A program made the position numbers and the translations under genes. Source: Wallemia ichthyophaga EXF-994 (taxonomy: Eukaryota; Fungi; Basidiomycota). Taken from it: 32,000 nt of DNA. Below the pieces are notes generated by a model. That model saw nothing but the letters and a program-made list of their open reading frames with translations, searched no databases and was not told the origin of the DNA. Shown here in pieces: positions 1 through 8,726 of this stretch. The stretch covers positions 1-32,000 of the forward strand of contig NW_008806276.1 of assembly GCF_000400465.1 (NCBI RefSeq), in the 5' to 3' direction. Numbering within the stretch: the stretch's first letter is position 1; the number at the start of each line of letters is the position of its first letter.

Positions 1-12
1 TGTTCACCTAAC

Positions 13-1513
13 CTAACCTTCTTTTTCACCGATTGCCAGACTAATATAAGCATCAATATGTCCATAAATCTTTCCGTTGTTTCTGTCTACAAATTGTTTG
101 TCAACAAAATCTGAGCTTGCTCCCGTATCTACAAGTCCTCTTGTTTCTTCTCCATTTATTCTAACTGGTGTTGTGATCATCTTGTCCTCCGGAGTGTCTA
201 CGTCTACTCCGGTCAGGGTTTCTCTAATTGTTCCTGTTCTCCTCATATGAGGGCATTGACGACGAAAATGTCCTGTTCTTCCACAACCGTAACATTGTAC
301 GTTACTCATTCTGTTGGCCTTCGTTGCGTTGAGGTCCATTGGGATCACCTCGTCTTGCTTTCTGTTAGGTGACGAGACCACGCCTTAAGCATTACCCCTT
401 TACTTACAGATTACTTCCCACATTTCCCAATTCAGCCTCAGACCGCCGCCCTGCCGGCTTAGCCTCCGATACTTCACACGGCACACATATAAAAGCCTCA
501 CTACTTTTCTATTGTATCTTAACGAATTACATTCACTTCTATCTATCTGTTTAGCTGTGTACAAAGCCATTCCTCATAACCTAAGCTAAGACAAGCCCAA
601 ACCTTAACACTTTCGATGTTGCGGTGGTGGTGGTGGCACAAAATAACCGAAATTTCTTTGTCCCTGGTTTCTCTGTAAACCTTGATTGCTTCGTATGAAT
701 GTTTCCTCGAAGTCAGTTGCATAACGATAGGCTTCTTCGAGTGTTTTGGGGTATTTTCCTAGTACACTGTCTTCTGTCTTTGGTTTGAGTGCTCTTGCAA
801 AGTTGTAAATTTCTAAATTCTCAGGCATAAGTGTGTCATGTGGTAGGATTGTACGTAGTTTTATATGCTTCTGGATGAGTTCATATACCGAATGTGTTTG
901 CTTTAAGTTCATGTATTGTCTAATCAAACTACGTTCCTCTGCAGGGTTGCTAAAAGTCTTCAACAAGATTTCCTTGAAGTCATTCCATGGTGGTAAATCT
1001 TCTCCGTTCGTTTTTTTGGTATTGCAGGTACCAAAGTTGGGCATGTTCTGTTAATAGACTAGTTGCAAATTCACTTTTTTCTTCTTCAGTGGCTCTAACG
1101 CTTTTGAAATAAGTGTTTAATTGATTAAGCCATGCTACTGTCTTTATTGAGTCTAATTCTCCTTCAAATGGTTGTGGCTTAATTGGTTCAATTTTTAGGG
1201 TGGTTTCGTTCTTTAACTTGATTCGGTCTCTTTCTTCTTGTCTAGCTTTCTCAATTGCTTGGTCTCTTTCTTTTTCTGCCCATAATGCCGAATATCTGGC
1301 CTCGAAGCTGTTTCTTTCGTTTGCTTGGTCTCTTACTTTTTCTTCCCATAATGCTTGGAAAGCTCTTTCTCTTTCTTCTTGTTCGATTTTACTGGTAACT
1401 CTCTCGTTTTCTACCGCTTGCTTGATAGCATCATTGATTTGTTCGTGAAGTGTAGTGATTTTACTCAAATCCATTCCTGCTACTTGTTCTGCTATCTCTT
1501 GATGTTCTGACAT
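13..1513 (-). pseudogene. gag-protease ORF of the retrotransposon, broken by three lesions
   Basis: ATG at 1513. One extra A in the A7 run (T7 at 1011-1017) shifts ...LWYLQYQK out of frame with TNGEDLPPWNDFKEILL. A solo LTR (363-609) interrupts PPQHRK|QDEVIPMDL. TAG at 13-15 follows the protease core. Removing one A, the solo LTR and one TSD copy gives a single gag-CCHC-protease frame. Confidence 0.88.
363..609 (+). mobile_element. Solo LTR (247 bp) of a second LTR family, nested in gag
   Basis: Begins TGTTAG, ends TTAACA. Flanked by identical CTTTC at 358-362 and 610-614 (5-bp TSD). TATAAAA at 488-494 suggests + orientation. No visible similarity to the host LTR at 1596-1864. Confidence 0.92.
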
Positions 1514-1578
1514 TTCTCTTCAGTTCTTTTTTACCTGACTGGCTAATACTTGCTCTCAAAATACTTGCTTTTATTTAA

Positions 1579-1593
1579 CTGGCGAAGCTACCA
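1579..1593 (-). other. Primer-binding site, complementary to a tRNA 3' end (probably initiator tRNA-Met)
   Basis: Minus strand TGGTAGCTTCGCCAG starts 2 nt inside the LTR end. Its complement CTGG-CGAAGCT-A-CCA reads as T-stem, acceptor strand, discriminator and CCA, implying an A1:U72 pair, the eukaryotic initiator hallmark. Confidence 0.8.
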
Positions 1594-1595
1594 AC

Positions 1596-1864
1596 TGTAA
1601 ACGTCTTGATCTTTGTGAGGTGAAACTGCACACAAAGAGCAAGGCGCTGAGATTAATAAAAGAATTAAGTCTAAGATGTATCAAAAGAAAAAGTAGTCGT
1701 TTAAATAGTTTAGAATTCTAGGTTTTATTCCCATTGTCTCGTTATCTTCATTGTCCTCGTGCATAATCATGCATAATCTTCATTGTTCTTTATTCTCATT
1801 GTTCTCATAGCGACCATGATGTCATGTTACCTGTTCCTGCATCTTGCCCGCTGTATTACCTACA
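1596..1864 (-). repeat. 5' LTR of the Ty3/gypsy element (about 269 bp)
   Basis: TGTA at 1596 and TACA at 1861-1864 form the terminal inverted repeat. The inner end is fixed by the adjacent PBS. TATA-like TATTTAAA on the minus strand at 1707-1700. The outer end is less certain because the partner LTR is outside the window. Confidence 0.75.
1730..1806 (-). promoter_or_regulatory. Cluster of four CATTGT(T/C) HMG-box-type sites in LTR U3
   Basis: CATTGTC at 1732 and 1749, CATTGTT at 1781 and 1797. 1795-1806 CTCATTGTTCTC matches the yeast Rox1 HMG consensus YYYATTGTTCTC exactly. The cluster lies just upstream of the TATA-like box in the element's sense. Confidence 0.45.
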
Positions 1865-1886
1865 AAGGCAGGGGCACATCCTTATA

Positions 1887-1973
1887 GCTCCCGTGGTCCA
1901 GTGGTTAAGATGTCGCTCTTATATGAAATCTATCGTATAGCGAAGGTCGGGAGTTCGAACCTCTCCGGGAGCA
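1887..1973 (+). tRNA. tRNA-Ile(UAU): tRNA-Ile(UAU) with 14-nt intron (1924-1937)
   Basis: Acceptor stem GCTCCCG/CGGGAGC plus A73. A-box region TGGTCCAGTGG. Anticodon stem TCGCT/AGCGA with TAT at 1920-1922 and the intron at the canonical 37/38 position. T-arm GGGAG-TTCGAAC-CTCTC. Length 87 = 73 + 14. Confidence 0.95.
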
Positions 1974-1975
1974 AC

Positions 1976-1980
1976 TTTTT
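1976..1980 (+). terminator. RNA polymerase III terminator (T5)
   Basis: TTTTT 2 nt after the tRNA discriminator base. Confidence 0.8.
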
Positions 1981-3569
1981 GTTATTATTTTGAATGTTTC
2001 ATTTCAAATGCCTTATATAATCGGAAAGGGCGCCTGAAATGAGAGATTTTTAAACCCGAGATATACTGCTAGACAATTTTGCGTCGCTGAGCTCATTTGT
2101 CAAAGTAATTGTAAGTTTCGATAGGTTGCTGTTCCTGAAAGGGTGCTATGATAGAATTAAAAACTACAAAATGGGGAATTAGGGGAATCTCAAAATGACG
2201 TAGCAGATTTATCGATCTCTGTTCATCTTTTGTCAATTGCAATTTACAGCAAACTATGCTTCGTCTTCAGAGTGAGTATTGGGATACCTTACTTTGTTTT
2301 TTAGTGGCTTCTCTCTCGTGCGACAAGACTCAGCTAGTTTAGACACCTTCGGAGACCTTTGGGTTACCGCTGAATTATGTTAACTTTGCTGACAAACCGT
2401 CAATTGTCCTCGAATTCAGTGAAAAAGGCCCTTGACTTATATTTATGTAATATAGTAAGGCTCATTTCAAGCCATATCTCCCCCGGGATTGATTCTCATC
2501 CATAGGCACGTTCAACCGGATCTTGCTTCCAGACGACTTGCAATTCACCGATTTGAATGCTTGTGCTGTTCTGAAATATATTCCTTTGTATACAAGACGC
2601 CTTCTATAATTAATTAATTCGCGTATCACTGACTCGTGCACTGTGACCACCACCTAGTATCATAGAGCGGCTGACCAATGCCACAGACGAACGAAAAAAG
2701 AGCGATTGTATTGGGATTTGGTGTATGAATCTTAAAGATATCTTGGCTCTTGGCACTCACCACTTCATAATAACCTTCGAGGTTACAGAAGCTGCTCAAC
2801 ACCAAGACGCTTGAAATCAATATCGAAAATTACGCACTTGGATAATACAGGAGATACAGTGTGTATATACGTGCTTAGTTACAAAGTCACAAAATTGGTC
2901 GTGTTAAGAAACAAACTGAAGCGCGGGATAAATACAGTACCTACCCACTCCCGTTTCAATGATCCAATGGACTTAGTTCCAAAATTCCCTGCGACTGCCA
3001 TTCTTACGAGGAAAAGATATCCAAAGCGGATGACAGACAGTCATAAGGAAATAGCAACAATCCATCATCACGATTCTATAATTAGGAAAATAAGTAGGAA
3101 CAAAGGCAAATTATTTACTCAAGTCCCACAACTTCCAATCACACACTGTATCGCGGACTCAATCAAAATCCAGTTGCAGTATCAAAAGCAGAGGCAACAC
3201 GACGAACACCAGGATTCATACGCGCGCTAAACAGTCAAAAGTCTGAACACCACCGTGATCATCATCCTATTCTTCCTAAATCGTCACGTTCAGCGTACAG
3301 GTAGGCCATCCAGAAGCTTCATTACCGATGAGCACAAGCGTAAAACAGAGCTAACGTGGGCATTCGTTTTGCAGCTGATGCCAAGAATTTTATTTTTGGA
3401 GCTTCAACTCCTCTGATAGCCAGTCTTAACAGCCGTGGCAGCCGTAGAAAATCAACGCCTGCAATAATAACTGAATCTGTTTAAAATGATTGTAAGGGAT
3501 TTTTATTTCAGCCAAAAATTACAGTATAAATGCGTGATATTAACATTTAAAGAAAAAAGAAATTTATGA

Positions 3570-4170
3570 TTACTTCTCGAGGCTGAACTGAGAAGTAGGA
3601 CCGCCTGGCAAGGCCTTTAGAACAAAGGTTGGGGCATCAGATCTGAGAATGGAAAGTTCAAGAATCTCAATGATGCCTTTCCGTTCTGACAATCTATCTT
3701 GATCAAATTCGGCCAGGAGTGAAGCATATTTGCTAACATCTTTCCTGTCAGCTATTACGAGCACGTCTGGCTTCTTTCATGTTGCTTTCTCTCAAAAAGG
3801 TTGGAAGTGATTTTGTACAGGTTCCCTGACAGAGTCAAATATGTTTTGGGGAAATAAACATACCAGAAGTAGAACGTATGACGCATACTTCGGTCAGCAG
3901 CTTAGGGCATTTTGAGGCACTTCTTGTGAATGAAAAAAGGCGCTTCTCTGCAGTTTGCGGTTTGTCTCCCTAGTTTCCTTCATCTAGAGCAGTCCAAGAG
4001 CTGAGATACGTTTATCTTCGAGCTTACCTTTCTCTAAAACTACGTTGATGATTCGCGCTACTTAATCTCCAAATTCCTCTCTAACCAAACTGTCGACCAG
4101 AGATCTTTTGATACGAGCGCAAATGGTCTCATCGCAAACTTGGTATTCTTCACTGGTGCTAGCTTTTTGC
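3570..4170 (-). pseudogene. RPC82: Pseudogene of RNA polymerase III subunit RPC82/RPC3 (POLR3C), C-terminal part; may extend to about 5.0 kb
   Basis: Minus-strand translation EYQVCDETICARIKRSLVDSLVREEFGD*VARIINVVLEKGKLEDKRISALGLL*...QEVP(fs)ADRSMRHTFYFWYVYFPKTYLTLSGNLYK...(fs)VLVIADRKDVS...ILELSILRSDAPTFVLK follows, in order, the RPC82 motifs I recall (GKL.EK.I, QEVP..ADR.PSRTFYLWYV, NLYK). Stops at 4062-4064 and 3984-3986; frameshifts near 3910 and 3765. Confidence 0.8.
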
Positions 4171-5899
4171 AAAGATCTGTTCGAAGCTCCGGGCGGTCCA
4201 GGGAAGTCTTGCGATGACTTTATTGGTGAAACAGGTACCGATTATACATCGGTCTGTCAAGTGCTCGTCAACTCTCTTAACCAGCATCTTCGCGATATGT
4301 CTTGCCAGGAGAATATCGTGACTGCCCACATTCTGAGGTCAGCGTCCTATTACTAAAAGAGGATCGATACAATTCTAGCTAATTCTGAGGTCAATGAGGT
4401 AAGTGCTTGGTGGTACTGTTGGTGGAGATATCGATGATGTTAGCATTGCCCTGAACGAGGCACAAAGTCAGAAAATGCCTCAAGGTAAGTTAGAGGCTAT
4501 CAAGACTGTTTAGACAAAGATTATGCATGTTACCGCGCTTTTCGAACGACACGATGGTTCTTTACTTGAGGCAATGCGTCATGGCTATCTGCTCTTGATG
4601 GTTGAGATATCGTTTTAGATTAAGGTGAAGCGATTGAAACCTTTTCTGTAGCCATTCCGCTCGTTAATTTTAGCTGATAGGGGTGGTAAGTATGTTTAGC
4701 AGCTGCAAGTCACAGCCTCAGATAGATTCCAAGTCATCGTTACCATTAACCCAGGTGGTGATTTCGATAACAAGGAGTTGTCGCTGCTCTTCTTAAACGT
4801 TAAATGCTAAGAGACTTGAATTGATAAAAGTGTTTGATAGACTTGGATAGACTTGGCAAGGACGCTAATGGTGTCTTTGGTGGTTGCGGTGATAACTGCG
4901 GGTCATTTCGGTGAGCACATCCTTGTCTCCGGCTACATCTACGCGACCGACAGACACTCTGATCGTGCGAACGTACTTGCCTCTAATGACTTTAATTCCA
5001 TCCTCATTTCAGTACACAGGTTGTGTATGTGTTTTTTTTTTAAAAAAAAAAAGAGTGTTTAGTGCAGAGAATATATTCTCTATTTGAACAGATGTATATT
5101 GCGCCATAGATGACAAATGTTATCTCTAACTCATTCGGACTGCTATAGGGTGCTGAAGGTCTCAAGAAACTTAAGAATCTATGGCTAAATGATTATGGTG
5201 AAATATATTGCTGAATAGTGTGAATTTACGTGCCGTTATCCTCGACATGGTTAAGGCCTACGCTGTCTTGCCCAAGGTGTCTCATTAGCATTTGAGACGC
5301 GCTGGGTGCCTTGAAAGACTTTTAAACATACGAAACAACGAGTAAACATAGCACATAGCACAAAACAAATCGTTGCAGATACACTAAACCTCTACACCTT
5401 ATACATATCGGTTAAATAAAGCATATTTCTCGCATGAACCCTTCTAGACAAGTGTTTTAATCGGAGACAGTGGAGACAAAAGTGGGGTTTATATCCTCGA
5501 ACCCAACTTGAACCCAAACTAATCAAATAATATTTAGTTTTTGCTGTAACGCTTGAAATAAGGATGTAGCTAGCTTCTTCAAATTCGTCACATGATTCAT
5601 AACCACCATCTCTCACAAATGACACAATTCGATATGTCCAACCTGCCAAGTGGTAATAACAAATAGGATGCCGAATTTAAATGGTTGGGGCACTATCATC
5701 GTCAAGATACAATCATCCAGTGTTTGTAAAACGTTCGCGCAATATTTAAATGATAGATGTTCATTTTTCTCAACTTATCCCCAAACGTTTTACCTATATA
5801 TTTGTTCCCTTAGCTTTTTACAATCGAATGATAAAGCTGAGCACTTGAAAACAAAGGGACTGGGCTTGACTTGAAGAAATCACCTAAACCTAACCTGAG

Positions 5900-6360
5900 A
5901 CAAGTTGAAACACCTCAATATTGATTACGTTACATTTACCAACATGTCTAATCGAACAATCTTTAAAGCCCTCAAGAAACTTACCTACTATTTGATTTTT
6001 GTTGAAGATGTAACTATCGCAAGCTACCTTCCCAGCATTGAGTATTCGGATTTGAAAGCCTCAAGTCAAACAACTGGATCGATACCTTTTGGAGAAATTC
6101 ATTTAACCTCAAAGCTCTGAAACTATACAAGTTTGGAGTAAATTTACTGACACAGAGACAGTGGAATCCCTGCAAGGGTTGGAGATTGAAGCTCCTGGCA
6201 TGCCTGTCGCGAAAATCGGAAGTTTACCAAGCTTCTTGAGGAAAATGACTTTATTCAGGATCCTCGAAACTATACAGTGCTTTTTTAAACCCTAAAAAGC
6301 TTTCAAAGTCGAATCATTTGAAATACCTCAATCTTAAAACGTATCAATCGGATTCGTGAA
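5900..6360 (+). pseudogene. Degraded leucine-rich-repeat-like coding remnant
   Basis: Periodic LxxLxL-type motifs across shifting frames: LKHLNI, LKKLTY, LKALKL, LQGLEI, LRKMTL, LKYLNL. No intact ORF. Confidence 0.35.
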
Positions 6361-6424
6361 GGGATTTACGACGCGAATATTCCACCACCCTTGGAGTAAT
6401 TTAGAGCGAAAACAATGTTTTATT

Positions 6425-6735
6425 CCAGATACGCATTTCAGCGCTTCAAATCTGCACACCTCTTTGTAAAATTAAATTAGCGTCACATCCAACATTTCTC
6501 AAAGGTTGTTCATTATATCACAGCCATACCTTTTGAAGTATTGTAGACTAAATTGTTGAACGTTAACATTTTTCTCCTTTATTAATCGGACGATTGAAAG
6601 TCATTGAACTTGAAAGAAAAAGCGATGTCGTTAAGAAAGATGCTGCACCGATTTAAGCAAGAACGCAATGAATCGCACTAAACGTCATCGTAAGTGAATT
6701 TTGTCATAGAGAAAATACAGGGCATTGCCACACGA
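6425..6735 (+). repeat. Dispersed duplicated block, copy A (partner at about 19885-20150)
   Basis: Core 6640-6678 matches 20061-20099 at 36/39 nt. Collinear shorter matches flank it (AGATACG, GTCACAT, ATCACAGC, ATTGTAG.CTA). Boundaries approximate. Confidence 0.75.
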
Positions 6736-7692
6736 CGAAGTGTTTTCGCTACCGATTCAACCTTATCAATTCACTTTAGTGCATTACGCGTGGCGCGGAT
6801 GATCTTATCTCACAAAAAATCTTCATATGTAGAAGACACGTAATGACCAGAGCCAAATTAAGAAGGAAAATAACCAATATCAACATTATACTCGAATAAG
6901 AACTAATGCTCGGAAGCGCACCAGCTCTATTAACCCGCGTACCCAAAATAACTCGGTGTTTTAGCGTAACCGTGAAAATTCGAGGATCGGAAATCACCAG
7001 AAAATTGCGAAAAGAGCCTCACAGTAGAATTACTATCTCCTTCAATCGTCATAGTATCGATGGATGCACGTTGATCATGTATCGTCTTGACAAAATATTC
7101 AGACTTCATCGTGGATCGACCACCCGCAGGGTGAAAGAAGTGCGCTCTTATTTATCTCCCCGTGACTCTCGACCTCAAATTACAGACTCTTGTCAAAGTT
7201 TCGATTGGATTAGTGATGTCATGTTGTGGAGATATTTGGCCAGCGATGCTAGGAATGAGAGTGACACCAACAGGTCAATGCTATAGAGCTCAGTTCTGAT
7301 TATCTTCAAAAGAAATGTCATCCTCAAAAGAAATGAGATTTTTTGTACGAGGCAAGTGCTGTCCATAAGACGTGAAATGTGCTTGAATTGTTGAATTACT
7401 CTTACATTCCGATCATGGCGAAATTTAACCTCAAAACCCATTGTTACACACACTCTTAACCGAACGCACCGTGTCATGTTTGTGGTTGTGCGTTGGACTG
7501 TTTAGATTATCAAAAAGCAAATCAGTAAGCACTTACACGATCTCATTCTTCGCGTGTGAGTAATGAAATAAAAAGGAATTTTATTCAATCATGGATGCAA
7601 CTATTATGCGAAATATTCATGCCTAAGAGATTAAAATTCAAAGAATAAACTGTGTCTTTGAAATACAACTTGAATTAAATGTGTGATTCAAT

Positions 7693-8424
7693 TCAACACG
7701 TCAGACGGTCTACAAGATGCCGAGTTGCTTGTTGAATGACATTCTTGTTATTCTCGTAGCCAGTGTGTCCCATCTCGTCCTCATCGCATGCCTCGTTACA
7801 TATACAGTCACCCTGTTGTCATTGAGTGAGACTAAACGACTGAGAAATTTCAACTTACTCCTAGGCAGAAATCAAGAACCTTGCCGCTGTCATCGAAATT
7901 TTCAGGAATACTTTTTTCGTTAGCAGCCCCAATGCCTTTAGCATCATCACTCCCAAATCCCCCTGCGTTTGAATCCTGGTTTGGCTTTCTGTATGGATTT
8001 CCAACTAATATAACGGCTTTAATGGCATCTCTAGCTTCCGCCGACAGATTGTTACTGTTGAGGGTGTCTAGGGTGGCAGTAGCTCCTTGCGAATATCCTA
8101 AAAGCACGTAAACCTGATGTGGGCATCGCTCGAGACCGTCGTCAATGGTGGTGATGATGTCTTTAACGGCTAGTGTGGTGTTTTGGTCATCTCCTGCGGG
8201 GTATACTGTGTCGTATTCGAAGCCGTTTGGTACTTTTGCGAGTGTATTGTTGACGACATCGATGAAAGACCTCGATGGACCTTTTAGGCTGTTAGAAGAG
8301 TAACGGAGATCCAATAGTACATGCCTTGCTCCTCGCCTGTGCCTCGAGTGGAAATGAGTACGTAGTCGTTGCAGAAGGCAGTGGCAGCAGTAATGAAAGC
8401 AAAAATAACAGCTGAGAAGATCAT
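7693..8424 (-). CDS. Secreted cutinase/acetylxylan-esterase-like CE5 serine esterase, about 213 aa, 3 exons (8424-8325, 8280-7859, 7812-7693)
   Basis: Signal peptide MIFSAVIFAFITAATA; CNDYVLISTRGTGE; nucleophile motif GYSQG; AVILVGNP; D-x-x-C and His in the last exon. Exon phases close correctly (100+422+120 nt). Intron 1 is GC-AG (44 nt), intron 2 is GT-AG (46 nt). Confidence 0.9.
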
Positions 8425-8726
8425 TGTTGATGATGAGGACTGGAATGCTGATTAGGTTGCTTTATAAATCGTGTAGAGGAACGGAATTTGAGGATCACGT
8501 GTTATTGGATGGCGTATGAGCGTTCTGCTCTAATGAATGCAGCGTCTATGCTCAGCTGGTTTAGTGATAATGAGATGGTTCAGGTGAAAGATCACTGGAC
8601 TTCTCTGATGACATTTCAGGAGGCTTAATTTTCTTTGAGTTTCGACAGGTAAACTCCTTACTGATATTTCTCATTTTTGTGATAAAGTTTGTGTAATTAG
8701 TGACAACAGAAGTGTTTTGAATTATT

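Larger units (their letters stand above)
1..1864 (-). mobile_element. Ty3/gypsy (Metaviridae) LTR retrotransposon, 5' portion, inactivated; continues beyond the left edge
   Basis: On the minus strand: LTR (1864-1596, TGTA...TACA), PBS, retrotransposon gag, PMDL motif, CCHC knuckle CYGCGRTGHFRRQC, aspartic protease LVDTGAS. RT, RNase H and integrase are not in the window, so the gypsy assignment rests on the gag/PMDL/protease style. Confidence 0.88.

Noticed and set aside
1010-1020. A AAA AAC slippery heptamer suggesting programmed -1 frameshifting in gag
   Set aside because: The -1 frame closes after about 16 codons; the homologous continuation is in the +1 frame and the site is mid-capsid.
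2256-2400. ATG CTT CGT CTT CAG A|GTGAGT resembling the RPL19 start (MLRLQ) with a donor site
   Set aside because: No acceptor gives a continuation with RPL19 similarity; all tested frames stop within about 20 codons.
2990-3480. Possible Tc1/mariner transposase remnant (KRYPKRMTD..., ITDEHKRKTELTWA)
   Set aside because: No DDE/D motifs and no TA-flanked TIRs found; other frames look equally protein-like; stop density is compatible with random sequence.
3826-3863. Apparent GTATGT...CAG intron in the RPC82 remnant
   Set aside because: The stretch translates in frame as WYVYFPKTYLTLSG, matching the expected RPC82 segment, so it is exonic.
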